Origin: Octopus vulgaris
Taxonomy: Eukaryota
Length of the DNA: 64,000 bases
Assembly (NCBI GenBank): GCA_951406725.2
Contig: OX597820.1
Span: 20,150,001 to 20,214,000 of the forward strand
Direction of reading: 5' to 3'
The notes under the pieces are model-generated. The model made no database searches. It was not told the DNA's origin and was given only the letters and a program-made list of their open reading frames with translations. Shown here piece after piece: positions 27,501-41,514 of this stretch. The position numbers and the translations under genes are program-made. Each line of letters opens with the position of its first letter. Positions within the stretch are counted from its first letter, which is position 1.

Positions 27501-30500
27501 TATTGTGAAAATATTCATAGAGGTGGCCTTTTAGTTATGAGAAGGAAGAGAAAGAACAATTATATTACCTTTTGTTGTCCCAACTGTATGATCTGAACTT
27601 GGCCCAATTCTGCTGGTCTTAGAACCTTTTGTTTCAACCCAGTCAAGACTATCCCGCTTGGAGTTAGTCCAAGAACACATACCTCCTTCGAAAGTGCAGA
27701 TGTCTTTTAATGTGTTTAAAAGAAAGAAAATCAAAATCATTATTAGGATTAGTTCCAATTTTAATTTGAGAAATATGTTTTAAGAACGACATGCACAAAA
27801 CATAATACTAGTTTTTATTGTTTGAAGCAATGCCAATGTAGTTCAATGTATTGGATTAATTAAATTAAAAATTTAATTACAGTTTATACATTTTTTAATT
27901 TATATTTAATATATAAATTTAATATATAATATATACTCTTTTTTTTTTTACTCTTTTACTTGTTTCAGTCATGTGACTGTGGCCATGCTGGAGCACCGCC
28001 TTTAGTCGATCAAAATCGATCCCAGGACTTATTCTTTGTAAGCCTAGTAGTTATTCTATCAATCTCGTTTGCTGAACTGCTAAGTTATGGGGATGTAAAC
28101 ACACCAGCACAGGTTGTCAAGCGATGTTGGGGGGGGGGGGGACAAACACACACAAACATATCCACACACATACATATATATATATGACGGGCTTCTTTCA
28201 GTTTCCGTCTACCAAATCCACTCACAAGGCTTTGGTCAGCCCGAGGCTATAGTAGAAGACACTTGCCCAAGGTGCCACACAGTGGGACTGAACCTAGAAT
28301 CATGTGGTTCGTAAGCAAGCTACTTACCACACAGCCCCTCCTACACCTATAAATTTAATTACAGTTTATATATTTGTTTTGTAAATATGTCTGAATTTAG
28401 ATTAGGAAAGGCTGGTAACTGAAATTTTGTAATCCTTCATTTTATATTGACTATAGAAAATAACCTAATACTAAGGCATATAAGCCTCTGTAACAGAAAA
28501 AAAATGGGCATTAGTACGACTAATTCCCATGTGTACTAATGTTTATTTTATTCCAATTAGGGGCTTATACACCCTAATATCAGAATATGTTTTATAGTCA
28601 ATATATGGTGAAAGCTAATAATTCTATTTACAAAATCTTTTTTTTTTTTTGTTTTGTCGAACCTGGAAAAAGGAGCACTGTGCATGTTTGGTGCGGGTCC
28701 CCTGGGACCAGAGAACTTGAAGCTAATAATGTTCTGTTTGAACTGTAAATGTTTCATTTAATCAGTTACAGGTTAGTACCTTCAGGGAGAAGATTCCAGA
28801 AGGCCAATGTTCTGAGGAGAAAGAGCTGGACATAGTGATTACTATGGGATCAAGGGGGCTGGATGCAGTAAGGGTGACAAGGGATGGAAAGACAACTGGG
28901 TCAAGGGACCTTAGTGATGGTTGTACAAAACCTTCCACTTGTTTTAGAGATTGTTTTTTTTTTGAAACTCATTGAAATTTGAACATAGACTCTTCTAGAA
29001 ATTTGAACATAGAAACTAACGAGATAACGTAAATATGGATACTTTTTAATTACAGGGTGTTTTACCATTTGAATCAGAATAATAACGAGTATTTACAGGA
29101 AGAAACTATGGATGGATGAGAAAAATGGAGATAATTATATAAGAAATAAAAAAAGCAGAGAGAAGGGACAGCATGCCAGTGAGCCAGGGGCTTGAGTTGG
29201 TCAGTAGGTGATTGAATATCAGTCAACCAGGATGCTTCTATGTGCAACAGTAGCACCATCCTAGATGTTGGAATACTACTCCATTGCAGTCCTCACTTGA
29301 GCCTTGCAGAATGATAGCAGCTGTTGGCTGCTGAAATATTTTCTGGCCCTAAAGAGAAGGCTTAGTCTTAGGACTATACTACTACTACTATGGCAATCCC
29401 TCAAGGTCGAGGATGATGGTCTTCGCGCAAATTTATTGGTGAGTCCACAGGTGACTGATAAGACCAATTCTTGCTCGAAAAGATCGGTCACAGTGCGGAC
29501 ATCTAGTGCCGGAAGGGAGAGTCGCACGTGGTTGTTGTTGGCGCTCCTTCCGTCGTCGTCTTTTCTCCTCCAGCTCTGCAGACCTTTTCGACTCGAAATT
29601 TGCTGTTCCCTCATGGATGGTGGTTTTCCAGAGTGGTCTGTTTTTTGCCGTTTCCTCCCAGTTGGTGAAGTCAATGTCACACTAAATAAGTCTGCAAAAG
29701 CTCAACCCCTCCTCCACGTGGTACAGACTGGGCAACGCGAACAAGCCAGCTTAGAACTATATCAATCAGATACAATGTCCAATTAATATTCTAATCTTGA
29801 CAACGATTTATTTGAAATTGTGTTTAAAATAAATAATGCAACTAGTAAAAATAGTTTATTCCTAAGAAAAATCATAACCCTTTTCTTACCACTTAGGATA
29901 TGCTATTACCCAGGTTCTGGCTATGAAGAGAAGGGCTGGTCATTAAAACACTGTCGTAGTTATGCTAAGGATTTATTAATAAAGGTTATTTTAAAACAAG
30001 ATGGTCCAAACCTGGTCGTGTGCAGTTTCCTTGTTCAAGACGTACATCATCTATAGCCATATAACCAGTCTTTCTAAGACTGCTCCAAGCATTGAAGGTA
30101 ATCTGAAAATGTATTGGGTATAAAAGTTACTGCTAACTGAATTGCCTCTTGCTTTAGTCTTAATTACTAAACAAAAAATAATAAACTAACACATGGTGGA
30201 GGAAAAGGGGGTAAAAATAACAACACAGAATCAGAAATAAAAATAAAAATTGTATGAAAGAAAGAGATAAGCTTCACTTCTTAGCTCCTTCCAGAGCCAT
30301 ATAGACTCAGAGGGTCAGTTTTCTGATTTACATGGTGTTTATATATTCCCCATCTGGACAGGACATTGGTCTGTTGCAGGATTACTCATTTTTGCCAGCT
30401 GAGTGGACTAGAGCAATGTGAAATGAAACATAATAATAATATTTTAATAAGCTTAAAGCTTATAAGCAATCACCATGTGAAAATAGTCTAATACTGGGGT

Positions 30501-33006
30501 ATATAAGCCCTCGATAGAAAAAGTGTGTTATCCATACATAAAAGTTATCTATTTATAAAAGTGGGTTATCCCTACAAAATGAAACATAATAGTAATATTT
30601 TTATAAGCTTAAAACTTATAAGCAATCACCATGTATTGACTAAAGAAAATAGCATATGGTTGGACTGGGAAAGGATTATCGATTACGAATTGCTTGCATG
30701 GAACCAAATGGTCAATGCGAAACTCTATGTTCAACAGATGGAATGACTCAATACGGCTATTCAAGAGAAAAGACCTAATCGGCAGCATGGAGTTCTTCTG
30801 CTGCGCGACAACGCCCTCCCTCATATCGCCAATATGACCAAGGAAACCATTCAAACACATGGCTGGGAAGTGCTGCCACACCTGCTGTACTCTCCTGATT
30901 TGGCACCAATGGATTTCCACCTCTTTTGATCTCTTTCAAATGCTATGTGCGGAATTTCGTTCAATACTGATGTAGAATTGAGAGCTTGGTTAGACCAGTT
31001 TTTTGAGTCGAAATCGGGTGATTTCTACCAATGAGGTATTGAAAATCTTGTTGAATGTTGGGGAGAAATTGTAAACAACAAGGGTGAATACATTATTGAT
31101 TAATTAGTTGTTATTTTTTATTAAACTATTTAAAAAATTTTAATTTTAAAAAACAGTGGGAACTTAGTTGCCAGCCTAATAAATCCGATTTTGTCCCTGA
31201 TAACGGGGGTGGCTGGATCTATTTCAATGCCATAGCAACTGCCCTCATACCATCTCATCATCTTGCCCTATTTTGGGCATCCTCCCTTCTCAAGCCAAGC
31301 CTTCCAATCTCCTCCTCCACCTGTCCCCTCTACGTTTTCCTCAGTCTACCTTGCATTCTTGGTCCATTTACCTTGCAATCAAGCACCCTCCTCAGAACAT
31401 GCTCCTCGTCCCACCTCAACACATGCCCATACCACCACACTCCATTCGCCCTTGTCTGCCATTCCACCGATTCCTCCAACACCAGCATCCTCATCGAGAG
31501 TTCAATCCTCCTTTTATCAGACAGCTTCATTCCACACATCTCTCTCACCATTGCTCTCTCGGTCCTTCTCAAAATTACCATCTCTCTCCCCCTCAGACTC
31601 CATCTCTCACTCCCACACAGCTTTGCAGTTCTCACGCAACTCCTAGAGACCCTATGAAAATAAGCCATAGTTCCACTGATTACTTACATTAAAATCTTCT
31701 CCAGGCAATACAGAAACATAGGCCACTTTCCAACCATATCCTTGGTCACCGGCAGCATACCAAACTGTTTGATTCCGTATAATAACTTCGAGTTTATTGA
31801 TATTTCTTCCATACATGTTATACCAAAACTGAACGCAAATTTGATCTTTGCCTGAGAATTCTGGAGACACTAAGTGAGCTGCTCTTTTCTCATTTCTCGA
31901 AGGGACTGATGCATATAAGTAAATGCCTGAAAAACAAAAAACAAAAATAAAAACAACTTTAACTAACTACATTTTTATGTCGTCGTCGTCGTCATCATCA
32001 TCATTATCAGTTTATCTTTTGAAATATGATTCTTGAAGAGTCAGTGATGGGAATTTAAAGCTGTCAACTATTTAATGTTGCCAGGAAGGGCATCGAGCTG
32101 TGAAAATCTTACCAACGCAGTCACAGAAGTCTGGTGCAGGTTCCTGCCTGGCTGGCTCCTGTCAAACTGCCCCACTCATGCCATCAAGGAAGGCAGACGT
32201 TAAACAATGCTGATGAGGATAATGATGATGGTGGTGATGATGATGATGTGTGCGTATGTGTGTGTGTTCATAAGACTACAGGTAAGTATAACCTGTTAGC
32301 TTATACTCGCTCCAGTTGTCACATTCTGACAATTGGGAAGACAAAGAGAGAAGGCAACATACACCAGCAGTCAGTCGGTACTCATTTTTCAACAGAGCAG
32401 ATTGGAGCCACGTGAAATGCCCTGTTCAAGAACACGATGCACAGCTTTGTCCAGGAATTGAACTCTTGATTTTAAGATTGTAAAGCCAGACACGCCAATC
32501 ACCAAGACACAATAAAAACATGTCTAGCTATGGGAAAATACTATTTTGGCAACAGGAAAGGTATCCAGCTGTAGAAAAATCAGTCTCAGCAAATTCTGTC
32601 TGACTCATTACAAGTATGGAAAAATGGACATTGAATGATGATGATGATGATGAATTCGTTAATGTATCCATTGAATGATATAACGAAAACCTTTACCTGA
32701 TCGAGTTCGAAATGTATGATCGTCCACGGGCCCCTTGTAGAAGTAAGACCTTCTGCCATGACCTCGTCTCCATTTCAAAATGCCTGATATTATCTTAAAA
32801 CCACATACATTATCTTGCAAGTCACAAGAGAAAGGTAACTGAGTTGGTGGAGCTGTATTATTCCCCAGTGACTCATAATCTAAAGAAAAAAAACAAACAT
32901 ACAGGTATTTAATTTAGTAAGAAAAATTTTTTCATATGTATATATTTATATGTATATTATGTATACATATACACAAGCACACACACTACCTACTTTTATA
33001 TATATT

Positions 33007-33059
<53 letters not shown>

Positions 33060-33069
33060 ATGTATGTAT

Positions 33070-33132
<63 letters not shown>

Positions 33133-36100
33133 TAAATTAGAGATAAAACCACTATTAGGCAAATCAAACAATGAAAAACTTAAGCCAATACATAAAATTA
33201 ATTAATTTATATTATTTTAAATATATATCAAAAGTATTAAAAGTTTAATAAAAGATAATGAGTAAAACACTACAATCGTTTCATGGCTGTCCAATTCGTA
33301 ATAATTTGAGTTATGGTTACAGTCAATCTTCAGGTAATTGAAATATCTTAGCTAAACCTCGCTAAGATAAATATTTCAATTACCTGAAGATTGACTGTAA
33401 CCATAACTCGAATTATTACGAATTGGACAGCCATGAAACGATTGTAGTGTTTTACTCATTATCTTTTATTAAACTTTTAATACTTTTGATATATATTTAA
33501 AATAATATAAATTAATTAATTTTATGTATTGGCTTAAGTTTTTCATTGTTTGATTTGCCTAATAGTGATTTTATCGCTAATTAATATAATATAGTATTTT
33601 ACTATAAAATTGGATTCAATCCTAAATCTGATTTTTTCCCTGTAAGTTTGGATTTATTCCCTAATATTTTATTATTAATTTATATATATATATATATACA
33701 TATATCAGTCATTGTTCATGCATTTGTACTGGTTTTAGATTTAAGGTTTTAGGATTAGGGTTAGGGTTTGGATGTTAGGGTTAGGGTTTTAGGGTTAGGG
33801 TTGCCATAAATAACAGTGACAAACGAAAAATACACCGCAGGAAGTTGTTGTTGACAAACAACGGTAGTAATTTTGTTCAGCTGAATACACATCATTGATT
33901 GGTTGAAATTATCGAAATACGATAACTTTAAGGTGAAATAGCTTTGTAAATATAAGTTTTTCTCAAAAATGCTATGAGTAAAACATGTTTTATATGACAC
34001 ATTATACCAGTGTCCGAAGTTTGAAAGTGTTTAGTTACAAAAAATTATTTTTTAAATCTGTCGGTCAAAAGGTAAAGATCCAGGGTTAATCTTCAGTAAC
34101 AGTTACTACATGTCTGATTACTCAACTAAATAATTGTAACTGGAATAGTTGTTGCATTTTTGTGAAACTTCCTAGTTATATACAAGGTAGAACAAAAACG
34201 AGAGAGTCACATTTCCTTACTAAAATGGATATCTTAATGTGTCTTACTTGTAATCTCATTTGACTCTGGACAGTAGCCTTCTTTAAGTTGTACATCATCG
34301 ATAGAAATATCAGATGTGGGCCCTTCCAGATGAGCTTCAAACATCAGCTGAAATAGAAAGTTGAATAAATTTTCAAGATGCCAAATAACAAGGGCATTAA
34401 CTGGATTAATGATATTAACTTTTGTTAAGAAGAGGGGAGGGCTGAGAACCAAACCTTGACGCACACCTCCCTGCTCATTAAACTCATTGCCAACTCTCAT
34501 CTTGTTAACAGTATTTCTGTACATGGTTTGTACGGCTCTCACAATACATTCATTTACACTTAGTTTTCTCAGTAACAATCAGGCTACAGAATATTCTATC
34601 TTCTGAAAAGCTTCCTCTGGGTCAACAAATGCTAGTTATCATGTCTATTACTCTTAGCTCAATACATCTCCTGCAGTTGTCTCACTGGGAAGAAGGCATT
34701 AGATGTACCCTGTCTGGGAACAAACCCAAACTGCATGTCTTCTAATCATCTCTATATCTATGAACGGCAAAATGTCTGTGTATCTGTGTGTCTGTGTGTC
34801 CTTTATACAAATCCACAGTTTTGCACATAAAAGGCTCGCATTTTCTATGAGCTTTCAAAACTGTCTGAGGGTGGTCGTGAAGACTTTTTCATTTCCCCAG
34901 TCACCCCAGAAAGCCATTAAAAATAATCGATAAACCGACCCCTTATGCCCATAAGTTATTTTGCAGCCAATTTCTTGTTCTTTACTTTCTTCTGCCTCCT
35001 TTTTTGCCCGACTAATGGCATGTACACAGTCCTGCTAATTTTCCATGATTATGTCATTCCAGGTGTGAAAAGTCCAATGAATATTAATTACTCTCATAAA
35101 AAGCTCCAACTAGCTCATAAACAACAAAACTGGCCCAGGCTGAAATGCGATAAGAAACTTAGCTCTTGATTTAGTGAGAAATGTTTACTGCGACCAGGCA
35201 AAGAACAACAAGCACTAGCACTAGACCCGGCATCACCGGGTCATAGTGCTAGTTTATGCTAAAAAACTTTCTGTTACATTTATAACCTGCTTAATCAAAT
35301 TGATGTCTCTACAGCTGTTTCCTTCTATTTTACTCTCATGCACGAGGGTTCTGGCACAGTTGTGTGATTATGAAGCTTATTTTGGAATCATGATGGTCTG
35401 GGCTGATTCCCGCTACATGTCACCATGGACAAGTGTTTTCTTCTTTAGCCTCAGCCTGACCAATACCTTATGAATGGAACTGGTAACTGGAAAATGTATG
35501 TTGAAACTATGGCAATTACAATGTTGTTGTTGTTTGTTCCTTCTCGAGCCATGCATTTCATTGTATTTGTAATAAATAGAGAATACCAAATGAGTTCCCT
35601 ATGGATACCGTATTTATTACGAGTGGCTTGTAAACGTATCTAACGTGCGAAAGCGAGTTAGATACGTTTACAAGCCACGAGTTGTAATAAATACGGTATC
35701 CATAGGGAATGAGTTTGGTATTTTATTTATTACACACGAATAAACGACCATATTTTATTAACCCAATAACTAAATTCTTCACGTTTAGTTGTAACTTATG
35801 AATGACAAAAGTAGTGCCGTCACCGTGACGTCGGGTCATCACCATGGATTGACCAATCAGAAGCAGTGCTGTCACCGTGACGTCGGGTCATCACCATGGA
35901 TTGACCAATCAGAAGCAGCGCTGTCACCGTGACCTCGGGTCATCACCATGGATTGACCAATCAGAAGCAGCACTCGCAGTATCTGACATATGTTAGATAC
36001 CAAAAATATCTCAAAGTGTTCTCACTCACATGTGTGTAATAAAACATTTTACATTACAGTAACAAACAGAATGCACTAGAATTGTAGCATTTTAAGTTTA

Positions 36101-39092
36101 CCCTATCAATCATACATGTCTTCAATAAAATCTAACTCGATGTCCCCGTTCATTGAAGGAAAGCGCTACTTACCCGATTTTCTCTTTCAGTTTTAAATGA
36201 TGTCTGAAAAAGTCTCCAGTTTTCATCTTGAGAACCTTCAAGTGCAATAACTTCTTCATCTTGTAGCTGAGTGTTATTGCTATATCTATAGATATACAAG
36301 ACTTTGTCAAACTTGCCAGACATGTAATAATAGAAAGACAAACAATAGCTTTTGTCCATCTGCAGAAATGCTGGTGTAAATATCTGGGCAACATTTTTCT
36401 CAGTCAGATTTTGGTACTCGAGATGTAAATAAGAGCCAGCTGAAATAAACACAAAGTAAAATTTTAGAATGAAATCTAATGGAAGTACAACAAAACTTTT
36501 AAACTTTTTTTTTCTCAAGAAAGAAATATTGTCAAGAGAAGTGGAAACTGCATGCCAAGATCTTATATTAACACAGTGAATATGTTGTTGTTTGTTTCTT
36601 TTTGAGCCATACCTGGCTCATTAGGGCCAGTTTCCCGGTTTCCTTGGCGTATAGGTTCCCCACCTGGACGGGACGCCGGTCTGTCGCAGGTGAGCTGCAA
36701 GATGCAGGAGGAAAGAGTGAGAGAAATTTGTGGCAAAAGAGTAAGCAGAAGTTTGCCATTACCTTCTGCTGGAGCCACGTGGAACTTAGGTCTGAGATTC
36801 GAACCTGCGATCCCTCGACTGTGAGTCCACTGCTCTAACCACTAGACCATGTGCCTCCACACAGTGAATATGGGTTTGGCAAGAAAGATATGAGCAGCAG
36901 CAAGTTAAAATAGGAACCAGTTCTCATTAATACTGTGACTAAATACATATAAAGCAAACAATGAGTAAATGTAACTGAATGTATATTTTATCCCAGATAA
37001 GAAACTGGTTTTGTAATACCTTATAATTACATTAAACATGACTTACTGAACTGGAAAATAAAGAATAAGATTATCTTTCACTAATACTGGACCAAAACTG
37101 TCTTCTAGAATATTAAAGAGATGCAGGCATGGTTTTTTTGTTATGAAGTTTGTTTCATGGGTTCAGTCTCACTGAGCAACACATTGGGTAAGAGTCTTCT
37201 ACTACAGTGCTGAACCAACTGAAAACTTAGGCATTGGTTTAGTAGATGGAAACTGAAGGGGATGGTTGTAAGCAAGCATCACCATCATAGTAGCAATGTT
37301 GTTAATTTCCTAGGCCACGAGTTGGCAATAATGTTAGCACGCTGGGTGAAATGCTGCTGTAGTGGCACAAGCAGTCAGCGCCAAATTGGATGAGAAATCG
37401 CGGCTGCCATTGCCACCTCCGAGACTGGAGCAAGACTTCACCTGCATCCATTTGCCATGCGCAAGATCACTACGAGGCTTGTGATGAAAACTATATAAAG
37501 GGAAAACCCGACTCAAATCTCTCTCTTTTTGGTGCCACTTTGTGAACACCACCACTGGCTGAGGCTTTCTGCCTGTCTATCTCCAGAGGCAATTTGCGCC
37601 CACATTATCGGAGCTACTACACAACGCATACAGCTAATGATGGTAGCTGAGAGCAGTACACTTCACCTTTCCCGTAAATAAACCAGTTGTAAATAGCATT
37701 TGTGCTTGAAGTCTTCTCTCTTCGACTGTCAGAAGCCTGAACTACACGAAGAACAAAAGATGATGGAAGGAAACAATATTCCTCCGATATCATAAACCTT
37801 GCCTTCCATTATTAAACTGTCTTTACGTTCTGAGTTCAAATTCTGCCAAGGTCGACTTTGCCTTTCACCATTTCAGGGTCAATAAATTAAGTACCAGTCG
37901 TGTACTGGGGTCGAGCTAATCGACTAGTCCCCTACCCCCAAATTTCGGGCCTTGTGCCCAGAGTAGAAAAGAGTATTGTTAATTTTCAGTCTTCCATAGA
38001 AAATATGTCTGGCCATGGGGGAAAATATTACCTTGCTTGGAAACAGGAGAGGACTGGCAACAGGAAGGGCATCTGGCTGTAGAAAATCTGTCTCAATAAA
38101 ATTCATCTGATGCATGCTAGCATGGAAAAGTGGATATTTAGACTGGGAGATTTTGGCTTACACCCAAAAAGTATCTTGAAATATGTTGCCCTTCAATTGA
38201 CCTCGAAAGGATGAAAGACAAAGTGGAATTTGAACTCAGAACGCAAAGACAGATGAAATGCTACCAAGCATGCCAACAACTCTGCCAGCTCATCACTTTA
38301 CTGTAATAATCTATATATATATATAAAGCTGAAGTTGTCTGTGTGTGGCAGGTTTTGGTAGCCTTCAACTAACACTATCTCCTCTGAGACCCTGCGGCGA
38401 AAGTTGACCAAAATTGAGAGTATGATAGAAGAAGGCTTGCTCTTCATTCCTTAGAAGATAAAATTCAAATCGGACCATGTTAACACCAAAAATTATTTAC
38501 ATCAAAAAGGTGCGTTTTTTCTATGAAAATCCCTATTTTTTACGATTTTTTGACTGCTGTGTTGCCATTTTTCGGTGTATTTAAACCAGAAAAATGTTCA
38601 CTTAAAGAGAATAACAAGCTACATAATGCAAAATTTTTACTTTTCAAAAATTCCAATTCTAAAGGGTCGAAACAAATCCGAGCAACACCGGGTGATACTG
38701 CTAGTAAGTGATATTATCATTTATCACCTTAAGGTGGAACACAGCTAAGATTTCAGTTCATGACATTTTAATCAGTGGCACAGCACTTAAAGTTTTCAGT
38801 GAAAGCTCAGAACGAAATGGGAAAAGAACATACATCCTGTGGTGTGGTTTGCCAGGGTCTCTGCTTCATGTTTATTTGATTTTCCTTCTTTTCTTTTCCA
38901 TGTTATATCGATGGATTTATGGCTGTTCCAGTCGCAGAGATCTTTCTCAAAGTCACATACATGTTGACTGTTGATAACTGGAATATAAAACAAATTGTCA
39001 TGTATCACCAACTAAAATATGGCTAGCATTTACATATCATGAATATAAATACATACATACTTACATATATATATGTATGTGTATATATATGC

Positions 39093-39148
<56 letters not shown>

Positions 39149-39332
39149 ATTAGAAAAAACAACTTTTTATCAATTCAAAATGAACAATTAAATTACACCA
39201 TCTAGAAAATTACATATAATAGAAATATTAAATATAAAATAACAATAATATACCGATGATTAAGTAATGTGCAAAATAATAAATAAAACGTATATATTTG
39301 GTAGAATAACGACACGTGTTTCGTGGCTATAT

Positions 39333-39385
<53 letters not shown>

Positions 39386-39818
39386 GAGCAGTTTCTTTCA
39401 AATTGATGTAATGTTTCCATTGATCAATTAAATGGAGCCACTTCAAACAGCCATAATGTATTGACACCTGTATCTCCTTGTAATTTATTTACATTCTGTA
39501 CACCTTATTTGAATCTGTGCATATTATATATTGAACTGGCAAGGTGTCTCAATTTAAGTACCTAATTCAACTGAATCTTAATTATATAAATATATACATA
39601 CATATATATATATATATATATATTTCGTTTTTGGATTTGGTTTGAAAGATTCTTTATTTTGATGATCCTTATTTTGATCATCATCTTCAAGACTTTTGAA
39701 AAGGTTGCAAGACACAATGAAAATTTAAGAAAAATAAAAATAAGAAATAAGTGGAAATTTTACCGGTGAATGTGTTAAATCATAAGGCATAGAAAGAAAA
39801 TGACTCTCCCCAGACACA

Positions 39819-39882
<64 letters not shown>

Positions 39883-41032
39883 CTAAACATAACAATATAT
39901 ATACACACACACACAAACTGTCCAAGCCCTGCCAGCATGAACAATTGATGTTAAATGATGATGATGATGATGATGACATGTGTGTGTGTGTACATTCATG
40001 GGTATATGTATAAATATAAAGAAGCTTTCTCAATGTCATTATCATTATCATCATTTAAATTTTGAATATTAACTACCGGTAGGGACACCATATTTTGTTA
40101 TGTGATTATAATATACTACCAAGTGTATTTGTTGTGGCAAGAGTCACAACACCTCCTGCGAGAAAAGAATTGACCAAACGACTATAAGTAGTAGTGGTCT
40201 GTGTTGAAGCAAGAGAGTAGGCATTAATCGCAGGATTAATAAGGTGTTGTTTGGATAACTTGTTGGAATATTGTTTGTTGATTCGTAAAAAGCACCAACC
40301 GATTGTGGCTGCTGCCAGCCTCCCCTGGCCCCTGTGCCGGTGGCACGTAAAAAGCACCCACTACACTCATGGAGTGGTTGGCGTTAGGAAGGGCATCCAG
40401 CTGTAGAAACACTGCCAGATCAGATTGGAGCCTGGTGCAGCCTCCTGGCTTCCCAGACCTACGTCGAACTGTCCAACCCATGCTAGCATGGAAAACGGAC
40501 GTTAGACGATGATGATGATGATGATGATGATGTCTAGTTCATGGAGCATTTGTTGGATTGTTACATTGTTGTTACCCTGCTTCATTATATGCTTTATTGT
40601 TACCACACGGTTATGGTGTAAATAAGGATCATCATAATAATTGGCAACGAATAACTACATTACAATAATACTAAAGGCTTAAGAGCCAATACGGTGTTCT
40701 ACCTGAGTTAGTAGTGTTGAATCACTTTTTAGAATTAATTTTACAAAATTTTCTACAGAAATTAGAGCCAGCATTGAAAGTTATGACATTTCATGTTTGA
40801 ATATGTCCATGTAAACAGCGTTTGCTGAATTTTCTTGAGAATAATCTTTTCTTAGTGGTCAGACCATATGAGGTCTACATCTAGCATAATGGATGTCCAC
40901 TTAGTGGTCAATCCTTCTTATATGTATGTAATATAATTTTTCTGAATCTTCAGATTTTTCAACATGCTAAACCCTTGGTTTTAAATTGATATTAATCAAA
41001 TTAATATTCAATTTTTCACCCTTATTATTTAA

Positions 41033-41072
<40 letters not shown>

Positions 41073-41476
41073 GAATATATATATCTGTGTCTTGGGAGGG
41101 TTATTTCATCAATCGTAATAATAACAAGAGCACTCAGAGTGTGAAAACCTCTGCCAAGGCAACACTAACGTCCTCTCGATGATTAGCCAGAGATGATTTT
41201 TAAAATGAGAATATCTGGAAGAAACTCGACTGCTCTCTTAAACGAGAATACTAAACATGAACCTGACCACTCTCAAAAATTAAGTAAAAAATACAGGAAA
41301 AATAATCTAGAATACAGATCGACCCCAAAATCTAATGAGTTTATGTCAGTCATGAGGCCAAACATCCCTGAAAGTTTCATCCAAATCCATCCAGCAGTTT
41401 TTGAGACAAACAAACAAATGCGACTGAAACCAATACCTCTGCCTTCACTAAGGTGGAGGTAATAATAGTAATGATA

Positions 41477-41514
<38 letters not shown>

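Noticed and set aside
37320-37790. GC-richer, coding-looking segments (also 40100-40280 and 40535-40640)
   Set aside because: Stops in the frames read and no recognisable motif; probably old TE debris. A translated homology search would be needed.
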